Origin: a virus
Lineage: Duplodnaviria; Caudoviricetes
Direction: 5' to 3' (one strand)
DNA length: 24,266 nt
Virus record (IMG/VR): IMGVR_UViG_3300042294_000789
Location: 1 to 24,266 of that record
In this document: positions 1-8,300 of the stretch, in pieces
How the letters are laid out: every line of letters begins with the position of its first letter
Numbering within the stretch: the stretch's first letter is position 1
Notes under the pieces: model-generated
Seen by the model: only the letters and a program-made list of their open reading frames with translations
Databases searched by the model: none
What the model was told of the DNA's origin: nothing
Program-made: the position numbers and the translations under genes

Positions 1-1
1 C

Positions 2-259
2 AATACCGACAACCGTGCACGACGGCATACCAGTGAACGAGATAGAAGCATTGTTTGCAATCTGACCAGACGAAGCGGCATCAAACGCGATAGTTTGACG
101 TGCATACGATCCACCAGTCACCTCAGTGCCGGGAGTGGAGTCGTTGCCGTTCGCTGTCATTAGGGCCAACTTGATCGGCGTGGTGACAGTGTACGCGGAC
201 GTACCCACCAGCGCATCAAGCAACTGATTCTCAATAGTGTTAGGGAGATTGTCAGCCAC
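2..259 (-). CDS. Phage structural protein (tail/fibre-associated family), truncated at the window edge
   Basis: Hand-translated from GTG at 259 (AAGGA SD upstream): MADNLPNTIENQLLDALVGTSAYTVTTPIKLALMTANGNDSTPGTEVTGGSYARQTIAFDAASSGQIANNASISF. The 'GTEV.GGSYARQ..F' motif is typical of a widespread small virion protein; the gene lies directly downstream of the capsid gene. Confidence 0.75.
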   Translation of the reverse strand, partial: MADNLPNTIENQLLDALVGTSAYTVTTPIKLALMTANGNDSTPGTEVTGGSYARQTIAFDAASSGQIANNASISFTGMPSCTVVGI

Positions 260-299
260 GCTGAATCCTTATCTTTATAGAAACAAAACCAGTAGTGCA

Positions 300-335
300 G
301 TGGAGGCCACACCCGCTATATGATGTGGCCCCCAC
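300..335 (-). terminator. Stem-loop (probable intrinsic terminator/attenuator) after the major capsid gene
   Basis: Minus-strand GTGGGGGCCACAT-N10-GTGTGGCCTCCAC forms a 13-bp stem whose two non-WC pairs are G-U only on the minus strand. The T-rich tract (GGTTTTGTTT) is about 10 nt downstream rather than adjacent. Confidence 0.6.
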
Positions 336-345
336 CAGCCATCAA

Positions 346-1278
346 CTAGGCGATGGACGAACCAGACTCAATCCGGTACAGTGCATCGTTACGGTAGATG
401 GACCAGCCCTGGAGGCTGTACCAGCCGACCGGACGGAACCTCATCAACTTGTCGACGACGGGACCGATAACGATACCCGGCTCAACAGCGGTCGCCTCAG
501 CGAGCGCCTGCTGGCCTGCGATGATCGTACGGTACACCTTCGCGGACGAGGTGCCGTCATTCGCCGTGTACGCGCGAGGCGTCTCCACGACGTAAGCACC
601 CCCGTACACACCGGTCGTCGCGTTGAGGATGTTCCCCACGTTCGGATCGGTGTACTTGCGGATGTCCTCAAACGAGAGGGAGCCGGTCTCTGCACGGAGG
701 TCGTGTGCGACCTCGGGGTGCATGTAGGCGGCGTACAGCATTCCCTCGCGGGGGACAGCGTTCGCGGAACGCATCTTGGCGACAGCCTTACGGATGTACT
801 CGCCCTCGATCACGTCGGTCGCGGTGATACCGGAAGTGGCAGTGTTGCCAGTTCCCGCGTAGATCACGTTGGTGCCGGTGATGAGAGTGGACACAACCAA
901 CTTGTCGATGCTGTCAGCGAGGTTGTAGGCCACGATGTTGGCGATAGCCGGGTCCACGTCACTGAACGCGAACTCACCCAACTTGCGGGTGTTGAGGACG
1001 GTGTTGCCGTACTCGTTCAGCGTCACGGTGACAGTGTTAACGTCCGACAGGGCCACAGCGTTGGGGTCAACAGTCTCAGAGAGAGTGCTGGTCGCGGCTG
1101 CGAGATCCTGGTAGAGCGAGAACACCACGGACGAACCGGGCATTGCCTGCTGCACCGGGCGCTTGTCTGCGAGGTTACGGAACAGCGGCTGCGAACGGAG
1201 AGCGAACTCAACGTAGCGGTCGTATGCTGCCTTAACCAAACCAGCCATAGCGGTGGTAGAAGTGTAAGCATTGCTCAT
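346..1278 (-). CDS. Major capsid protein (N4-gp56-like, HK97 fold)
   Basis: 310 aa with a strong AAGGAGGT SD. Motifs 'TVTLNEYGN', 'YAAYMHPEVAHDL', 'GVYGGAYVVETP' and 'DKLMRFRPVGWY'; located downstream of the scaffold-like gene. Confidence 0.92.
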   Translation of the reverse strand: MSNAYTSTTAMAGLVKAAYDRYVEFALRSQPLFRNLADKRPVQQAMPGSSVVFSLYQDLAAATSTLSETVDPNAVALSDVNTVTVTLNEYGNTVLNTRKLGEFAFSDVDPAIANIVAYNLADSIDKLVVSTLITGTNVIYAGTGNTATSGITATDVIEGEYIRKAVAKMRSANAVPREGMLYAAYMHPEVAHDLRAETGSLSFEDIRKYTDPNVGNILNATTGVYGGAYVVETPRAYTANDGTSSAKVYRTIIAGQQALAEATAVEPGIVIGPVVDKLMRFRPVGWYSLQGWSIYRNDALYRIESGSSIA

Positions 1279-1330
1279 AGTAGTGTTTCACCTCCTTGGT
1301 GAATAGATTGATTGGTTACCTGTTTTGAGG

Positions 1331-1813
1331 CTATACAGCCTGCGGACCCATAGAGTTCCCGAACAGCACCCGGTTAAGTTCTTCGGGTGAGGATGCTGCA
1401 CGAATCAGCGCATCCAACTGGCCGGGATCACCAGAGTAGGTTTCACCAGACTGCTGGGTTGCAGCGATCCGGTTGATTGCCTGCAGTTCTGGACTTGGAG
1501 CCGCAGGTGACTCCTCACTTGGGGCCTGGACACCGAACACGTCACCGTACTCGCTGACCCAAGCCTCAACCTCCTCAGCGGAGGTAACGTCCTCAGGGAT
1601 GAACTTGGAGATCTTCTCCGGTAGCCCCTTGGATGCTAGTACGTCCTTGACTGAGCGTTCACGAAGGCTGTTCTTCATGGACTGCAGTTGTTCCTGCAGT
1701 TCCTTCTTCTGCTTCTGTGCCTCCTTGTAGGCTTTCCGCAGTTCCTTCATAACGTTTGACTGATTCTGAGCGTCCCCAAAATTGTCGTCGTCGTCCCAGT
1801 CGAAATCGGACAT
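1331..1813 (-). CDS. Capsid scaffolding protein
   Basis: Acidic N-terminus (MSDFDWDDDD) followed by a coiled coil; immediately upstream of the capsid gene. ATG at 1813 with GGGAG SD is preferred over the 1825 start. Confidence 0.75.
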   Translation of the reverse strand: MSDFDWDDDDNFGDAQNQSNVMKELRKAYKEAQKQKKELQEQLQSMKNSLRERSVKDVLASKGLPEKISKFIPEDVTSAEEVEAWVSEYGDVFGVQAPSEESPAAPSPELQAINRIAATQQSGETYSGDPGQLDALIRAASSPEELNRVLFGNSMGPQAV

Positions 1814-1925
1814 TGTAACTCCCAACTATTCATATAGGTGAATCGCTACCCACACAACCCTCTGGGGGGAGGGTTGTGGCTGTAACTACCGGTCTTATAC
1901 ACTGATGGGGCCGGTGGGTCCATCT
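1814..1925 (-). promoter_or_regulatory. Structured 5' leader of the scaffold-capsid genes (pseudoknot plus hairpins)
   Basis: Stem GATGG/CCATC (1924-1920/1908-1904) whose loop ACCGG (1915-1911) can pair with CCGGT (1892-1888). Also a perfect 10-bp stem CACAACCCTC/GAGGGTTGTG (1878-1853) with a C-rich loop, and a small ATTCA/TGAAT hairpin before the SD. Confidence 0.55.
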
Positions 1926-1950
1926 AGGAGTGGAGTGTGAGGCTTGACCC

Positions 1951-2352
1951 TCACGCCTTCTTACGGGCACTCCGTTCATGCGTTCTTATTCTGTGGCAAT
2001 TTGAACAGACAAGTTCGCACTTTTTTAACTCTTCTAAAAGTTTCTTTTTTCCACCCGAACCACGGGAAAGACGAGATATGCTTTGAATTTTTTCGCCAGT
2101 AACGTGGTCAAAATCCATGACGTAATATGGAAAAATATTTCCACAGTCCGCACATGGACTAGATTCTTTAATTTCCTTAATCCATTTACTAAGTGCTTTT
2201 CTACTTTTTCTTTGCCTTTCAAGGTTCTTTACTCTCGCTTCAACGTGAATATGGTGGTGCACTGTTGATTTTGAGCAACCAAGTTGATTAGCAATTTGCT
2301 GCTGAGAAAAACCTTGTGAATGGAGTTCTCTAACCTTTTCCTTTAATGACAT
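1951..2352 (-). CDS. HNH homing endonuclease with N-terminal helix-turn-helix
   Basis: HTH 'GFSQQQIANQLGCSKSTVHHH' and HNH/Zn motif 'CADC...MDFDHV...KCELVCSNCHRIR'. Visibly more AT-rich than its flanks. ATG at 2352 (alternative TTG at 2364). Confidence 0.9.
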   Translation of the reverse strand: MSLKEKVRELHSQGFSQQQIANQLGCSKSTVHHHIHVEARVKNLERQRKSRKALSKWIKEIKESSPCADCGNIFPYYVMDFDHVTGEKIQSISRLSRGSGGKKKLLEELKKCELVCSNCHRIRTHERSARKKA

Positions 2353-2370
2353 GGTGGAATCCAATCTATT

Positions 2371-2414
2371 GTGGTGGTATAGGGTTGGGTTAGACCACCA
2401 CGACTAACCCAACC
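2371..2414 (-). promoter_or_regulatory. Interleaved inverted repeats (pseudoknot or conformational switch) between the tRNA-like RNA and the HNH start
   Basis: Perfect 11-bp GGTTGGGTTAG/CTAACCCAACC (2414-2404/2393-2383) interleaved with perfect 8-bp GTGGTGGT/ACCACCAC (2401-2394/2378-2371). Confidence 0.55.
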
Positions 2415-2418
2415 TTTG

Positions 2419-2507
2419 TGGACGTGCCAGGAGTTGCACCTGGGTTAGGCAGAGCCACCGGCCAGTAATACTGGGAAACGGTAGGGTACCTCTCGCTCGT
2501 CACGCCC
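2419..2507 (-). ncRNA. 89-nt tRNA-like RNA resembling an isolated tmRNA tRNA-like domain (Ala identity, no tag ORF)
   Basis: Acceptor stem GGGCGTG/CACGTCC with G3-U70 and an A discriminator; T arm CCAGG-TGCAACT-CCTGG; A at position 8; stemless D loop ACGAGCGAG; 3-nt linker AAC. An irregular helix AGGTA/TGCCT, CTACCG/CGGTGG, CCAGT/ACTGG replaces the anticodon arm. Confidence 0.7.
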
Positions 2508-2515
2508 GTATTCAG

Positions 2516-3622
2516 TTATACGCTCGGTGCCCTACTCAGGGTGCCGGTTGTCACACCGGACGTGCCACCGAACCGGGCACGTTCACGGGACTGCAAGCCG
2601 CGTACACGCCGCTGCGCCGCCTCGTCAAGTTCCAACTGACCAAGAGCAGTCTCCTCAGCGGTCAGTGTCCCGCCTTCCAGTTGTGCGAGCCTGCCAGTGG
2701 TGCGCTGCACCCCAGCGATCTGTGTCAACTGTGGCTCAATCTGTGTGCCAGTGATGTCCCGTTCGCCACCAAGGAACTCACCGACACGCTCCGCGACACC
2801 CGCACCGAAGTCCAGTCCGGCACGGGTGGCGTAGCCACCGACGATGGCTGCGTTAGCGCGACGCTGAATCTCACCCGTAGTACGCTGCGGGTCTAGGACG
2901 TAGGAAGTGAGGGTCGCCGGGTCAACGTTGTAGAACCGCTGCAGAGAGTCGCGGACTTCCTGCGGTGTCTCAGCCACGACACGCTGCGCGTCGGTGATGC
3001 GGTCACGGACCTCATTCACGGACAGAGAGAAGTCCCCAACAAGTTTACCGATAGCATCGTACTCTGCCTGCGTTCCGGCCTGTCCAAGATAGTCGCGTAG
3101 ACCAGCCTCACGGAAAACCTGACGGTACTGTGTTTCTAGGTTGAGGTATTCTGCCTCATTGCGAATATCAGGGATACCACGCTGCTGCAAAGACAACATG
3201 CCCTTGAACCGAACCTTGTAGGGTTCCGTCTGGCGTAGGCGTTCTGCGATAACATTGACGTTATTTCCCCACTGGTTAACTAGGGATTCAATCTGACCGC
3301 TGAGGGAACCAAGCCCGTACTGGTCAAGGATGCCGGAGAGGAAAGCCTTTGCACCTTCGCGTGCCTCACGCCGTGTGGCCTCTAGTTCCCCACGCAACGC
3401 ATCATAGTAGGCAGCCATCGCTGCGTCAGCCGCAGAAGGTGCCGCTGGCTGTGCAGTTCCGGTTGGTGTTGGGGTAGGGGTTGGGGTGGTTTGCTGCGTC
3501 TGGGTTGGTTGCGGGGCAACAAGACCCATGTCCTGCAACTGATTGCGAGTGATCTGGGTGCGTTCCTGCTGACGCATCTCAGCAAGAATCCGACCTTCAC
3601 CTGAAACATAGCGAGGTGCCAT
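2516..3622 (-). CDS. Probable virion internal/ejection protein
   Basis: 368 aa, helical and Ala/Gln/Gly/Arg-rich, with a Pro-Thr linker (TPTPTPTPT). TGATG-coupled to the upstream gene within the late operon. Function is inferred from position and composition only. Confidence 0.6.
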   Translation of the reverse strand: MAPRYVSGEGRILAEMRQQERTQITRNQLQDMGLVAPQPTQTQQTTPTPTPTPTGTAQPAAPSAADAAMAAYYDALRGELEATRREAREGAKAFLSGILDQYGLGSLSGQIESLVNQWGNNVNVIAERLRQTEPYKVRFKGMLSLQQRGIPDIRNEAEYLNLETQYRQVFREAGLRDYLGQAGTQAEYDAIGKLVGDFSLSVNEVRDRITDAQRVVAETPQEVRDSLQRFYNVDPATLTSYVLDPQRTTGEIQRRANAAIVGGYATRAGLDFGAGVAERVGEFLGGERDITGTQIEPQLTQIAGVQRTTGRLAQLEGGTLTAEETALGQLELDEAAQRRVRGLQSRERARFGGTSGVTTGTLSRAPSV

Positions 3623-4608
3623 CAGCGGAATCCAAACATCTGCAACAACTGAGTACCCACATCCGTATATGTTGCGTAAGCATTATCCGTGTACTGCCAG
3701 CGGGGATCTTCACGGACCTGGCGCTCAAACTCGTACAACGGAACCACGCTAGGCTTACCGTCAGCACCGACACCCTGCAAACCCTTCTGCAAAAGAGGGT
3801 CGTTGAAGTCAATACTAGTATCGTCAACTTCCAGCAAACGAGCCATGCGCTCCCTGTACGGTGCTGCAATATCGGCAATGTCGTAACCAGAATCAATCCT
3901 GTCAGACCACGCCGGGTACGCCCCCGCCATGTAGGTGCGGCGAAGATCCTGCAACACGTCAGCCTCAGTCATATCACCACGTTGAATACGTCGAACATAG
4001 TCACTGACGAGATTGTCTGTCAGGCTCAAACCGTTACGACGCGACCACTCCCGCAGGCTCCGCTGCAACTCTCCAGTAGCCCCACGAAAATCACCAGACT
4101 TGGCAGTAGCCAAATCCGTGAGAGTGTTCCGCATCTGCGCATCGGTAAGACCAAAGCGCCGCTTCTGCTTCGCCAGTTCCCGAAGTTCATCCTCAGCAAT
4201 GTCCGCACCGAACTGGACGGCCTCATCACGCAAAGCCTCAACGTCAGCGTTAAGTTGCTCGGCGTACAGTTCTGGAAACTGGGCCTCCAGGTCCATGTCC
4301 TCGATAGCCTTGGAGTTGTACTTCTGCCTCCACGGCTGCGAGTTCATCTCCAGTTTAAAAGAGTCTGCACTCCAACCCGTAGGGTTGTCAATGTACTTGC
4401 GGACCTGACCGTCAAACCACTGCGCGAAAGACTGAGCATCAGGGTCGTCAGAGTTACGCAAAGAGGTAATCAGTGCGTAGGCCACACCCCACTTGCTGGC
4501 AACGGCCTGGGGTGCATTGCGGCGGAAAGCCTTACGCTCCTCGGGTGATACGCGCTTGTCACCGTTGGCATCCATCAATTTTTCTTCAGGTGTGAGTTTA
4601 GGAGCCAC
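3622..4608 (-). CDS. Probable virion internal/ejection protein
   Basis: 328 aa, helical; its GTG start overlaps the upstream gene end by 11 nt; lies in the late operon. Confidence 0.6.
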   Translation of the reverse strand: MAPKLTPEEKLMDANGDKRVSPEERKAFRRNAPQAVASKWGVAYALITSLRNSDDPDAQSFAQWFDGQVRKYIDNPTGWSADSFKLEMNSQPWRQKYNSKAIEDMDLEAQFPELYAEQLNADVEALRDEAVQFGADIAEDELRELAKQKRRFGLTDAQMRNTLTDLATAKSGDFRGATGELQRSLREWSRRNGLSLTDNLVSDYVRRIQRGDMTEADVLQDLRRTYMAGAYPAWSDRIDSGYDIADIAAPYRERMARLLEVDDTSIDFNDPLLQKGLQGVGADGKPSVVPLYEFERQVREDPRWQYTDNAYATYTDVGTQLLQMFGFR

Positions 4609-5353
4609 GCGGACCCTCGCTCAATGCGCCGTAGAAAGCATCCATCATGGTAGTTGCCATAGCAAACTCTTTAGCCTCTGGCCCCTTCATCAACATGTCA
4701 GTAATGAGATCCTTCTGACCTGTAACGTCAAGGCCACCATACGGTGCCTCTTCAGTTTCAGCGGATCTGATCTTTGGAAGAATCTTCGCCAATTCATCAT
4801 CGGTGATAGCGCGACCAAGAACCTCGGATGCGATAGCGTCAGCAGTCGCACGGATGTCCCTCTCGCTGGAGCGGCTTATCCGCCTTGACGCGGTTGTTCC
4901 ACGGGCATTCGCGTTTGCGGCATCCGTTCCTGCCGTGTACTCACGCTCGTTGGCAAGATCAATCAAGTACTGCATGGGAGAAACTTTCACTCCCTGCTTT
5001 TCAAGCGCTTGACTTGCCTTGATGGCGTCGCCCCACAGTGAACTACCAGTTCTGCGGTAGTCAATAGACTTGGCAAGACCATTAATCCAGGTCTTCCATT
5101 CCTTCGTCATAAACCTGTTGTACGCGTCAGGAGTAGTGTACGCGCTTTCAGCCTGGTCAATATCGACAGCAACAGGCCGTGGGCTTACGGCAAACGGAAC
5201 ATTCGGTGGTGCCTGCTGCCCCATGTACACGGTAGAAGGTGCATTACCGGGCCTAGTGGTCCCGATAGTTATGCCTTTCTTGCCCTTTTCCGTGGGATCT
5301 GTACCAGCGCCCTTACCGCGAGCGGAACCGTCATTTGAAGAATCGGTTCCCAA
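4598..5353 (-). CDS. Hypothetical virion-associated protein (start uncertain)
   Basis: 251-aa ORF filling the gap in the operon. The only upstream start is a TTG without an obvious SD, overlapping the previous gene by 85 nt. Confidence 0.6.
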   Translation of the reverse strand: MGTDSSNDGSARGKGAGTDPTEKGKKGITIGTTRPGNAPSTVYMGQQAPPNVPFAVSPRPVAVDIDQAESAYTTPDAYNRFMTKEWKTWINGLAKSIDYRRTGSSLWGDAIKASQALEKQGVKVSPMQYLIDLANEREYTAGTDAANANARGTTASRRISRSSERDIRATADAIASEVLGRAITDDELAKILPKIRSAETEEAPYGGLDVTGQKDLITDMLMKGPEAKEFAMATTMMDAFYGALSEGPRGS

Positions 5354-8300
5354 TAAAGAACACGTTCGACAAACGACCTGACATTCTCATTCCTGGCCGC
5401 GACGGTTTCAAGATCGCGTTCCATCTCGTAGCGCAACTGACGTTTCAAGTCACGCTCCGCCTCAGTGCTTCCGGTGATCATGCGAATGTCCGTCATGTAA
5501 TCTTCATAAGTGTAAATCGCAGACCGAATAGAAGAAGAAACGTCGGTTGCCTTCCCGCTTTCCTTCAATTCGTTAACCATAACTTTCGCCTCTGCGTATA
5601 TTGTTGAGGCATAGTTAGTGGCCTGCATCCGATTGGAGTTCTCGGCACGGTTCTGGGCCCAATACGGGTCCTGGCTTTCAAGCCAGTTGACATCATCGGC
5701 ACGCATATCCTCTAGGTCACTGATGCGCTTACGGTCAGCCTCAACCCTCGGGTCAAGTGCATCAATATCCTTGCGATAGTCGGCCAAAGTAGCCATGTAC
5801 TGGTACTGTGTCTTTGCAGACAAGGCATCCAGCATGAACTCGTTAACGTCCTTCGGGGTACGGATCTCCAAAGTTTTCGTTAGAAGATTCCACGAGTCAA
5901 ACGAAAAGTCGCCAGTCTTCGGCGCAAGCAGTAAGGACGCGTTCGGGTACTTCTTGTAAAGTTCCTTGTTGTCCTTGTACCACTGCTCCAGTCCAAGAAC
6001 GGGGCGCACATCAGCGAACGAAGCGACCTTCTCCTTGGAAACCTCAGTGCGTGACACCGTAAACGGCATCAAGTCTCCGCCCTTGTTCAACCTCCACCAC
6101 TGGCGGTAAGCCTTCTGGATGTCACCGTCGTATGCGCGGATAAGTTCAAGGAACGCGCTACGCATAGACTCGATGCCGTTTTCACGGGCGTAAGCGGTAG
6201 CGGTCTCGGAGTAAACTTGTGGGGATGCTGGCACAGCGAACCCCATTAGCAACTTGGTGATGACCGTTCCCCACGCAATGTTGCGGATTCCCTGCATCTC
6301 ATCAGACTGGCTGATTTGGTCAATGTTGGTGAAGTCGCTTGGGATAAGATCCTCGGCAACACCGATAGCAAGGGCGTCCATTATGGCACTCCCGTACAGT
6401 GAGTACCGTTCATCCGTGGACATGGCACGCAAAACGCGTGCGGCTTGACCTGGGACAAGTGAATCATACCAGGAACCTTGTGCTGCGTACTCGCCCAGCA
6501 CATACCGTTCAAACCTTTGTAGTTCTGGAAACTTAGCGAAAAGAACCTTAAACGGTATGACACCAACGGGCCCAGTCGGAGTGGGTGCAATCTGATTTAT
6601 GTCAGATGAAGGTGCCAGCATGTTGACCTGACCACCGAAGAATGATGGCTTCAAGTCGAGGTGAATGTTATCACCCCACAGCCACGTTGTTGATGCACGT
6701 ATTGCCGACTGAAGAATATCACTACCTGGGTAGGCAAAGTACTTGTTTCCGTTATCGTCTTCCATGATAACGCCAGTGTCATCAAGCAACTGGTACGTCA
6801 GCGCAGTCTTCCAGAACGCCACCGGGTAGTTCTTTGCTACGCGGAAGAAGCGACGGTAAAAGTCCTCGGTCGCACGGTAGTAGCGGGAGAAGTTGCGAAC
6901 CTTCCACGCCAACTGCGAACGGTTTGCCGGATTATCGGTGTAAGAAAGCGTGAAACCGATTGACCGCTCCACGGCCATCTTCTTAGTTATGTTGCGTGCC
7001 GCACTCTCACCAACAACTGCAGCGAGTTGCTGCTCGTATGGGCGGAGAACATCACGCTGCTCTAGGTAGTTGGCAAAAACAATAGGTTCTTTCGAAATCC
7101 TATTGTACTGTTCACCAAGAACATTCCAAGCCCGGTCAATCAGGTCGCCCTCAGTCTGTGGCATTGGGATCTCGTTTCGTCCCAGCACAAACTCCGGCGC
7201 ATCGTCTGCATATGAGCGCATACCGGCAGGACTGATTTTCAGGATTTTTTCCCCGGCCTCGTCAATATCATAGATATCAACAATGCGGAATCCATCTTCG
7301 CCAACTGGCGCAACAAGGTCAACAAGTTTCTTGTTAATCTTGCCGTCCTTGTTGGAGAACATGTTAACAACGTCTTCGTAGTACCTACGGGCAAACTCGT
7401 CAATAGACGTATCGCCCGTGTAAATCATGGAGAGACGATCCTTGTAGCCGAACTCGGTATCGTTTCTAATTGCGTTGGCGATACGCTCAACGGCACGATC
7501 CTTATTGTAAATATCGGAAACCGCAATCTTCCCAATAGGACCATCAAGTTCAAGAATACCGTGAAGAGAATTAAACCAGTAAAGGTTGTAGTTTTTTGCA
7601 CCCTTCGGAATGTCAACAAAGCCACCCAAAACGGTCTTTGCGTTATCTGGCACCGAAAACGTTTTGATGCCGGGAAGATCAGTCCCAGGAACGGAAAGAT
7701 TTGGATTTGGAAGAGATCCACTATTTATCATAGCGCCCTGCTCCGTCACCTCATCAATCTGCTTCAACCCGATTCCGGTGTCAACAAGGTCAGAAAGGTC
7801 GTCCATGTTCTGCTGCGTCAAACCAGAAAGACGATAACGACCCATTGACTTCATGTACAGCGCCTTCAGCGCTTCAGCGTCCCCGCTTTTAAACGCCGCA
7901 TTCGCCGCAACAACCTCGGCCTCGTTAAGGTTTTCAAGAAACGCGACAGAAAGAATCTGTGAAGTCAGCGACGGCGAACCGTAATCTGTTGACTCATCAA
8001 CCTTGTCACCAATCTTGCGGAACCGCTTTGCAAACATTCCAAGACGCGACTTGACGACAACCTTGTTATCTGCAACATCAACACCATTGCCGACAACGGC
8101 AATATTTGGCCTTGCCTCACGCAACGCCATAGCGGCCTTGCGACCCTTGTAAAGATAATCAAGGCGACCGCTAGTTACAACATAACCCCAGTAGTCCTCA
8201 ATAGCGGCACGCTGACTAAACCGCCAACCATACAGTGTGCCAAGGGACCACATATCAGTAATGTGTTGAGGAAGATTCACGCCCTGCTGAAGCCACTCTG

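Noticed and set aside
295-1302. 335-aa plus-strand ORF antisense to the capsid gene (similarly 3616-4548 and 15485-16489)
   Set aside because: Shadow ORFs produced by codon bias of the real minus-strand genes; no SD and an unnatural V/H/G/R-rich composition.
2371-2507. Two-piece (circularly permuted) tmRNA or a canonical tRNA
   Set aside because: The acceptor strands are in normal order and no tag ORF is present; there is no D stem or 5-bp/7-nt anticodon arm, so it is neither.
1814-2515. Group I intron or IscB/HEARO-type RNA-guided element around the HNH
   Set aside because: The flanking genes are intact and no P7 core was recognised; the 133-aa protein has no RuvC motifs.
3460-3510. G-rich repeats (GGGGT) suggesting a G-quadruplex or tandem repeat
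   Set aside because: Explained by the Pro-Thr linker codons of the minus-strand gene.
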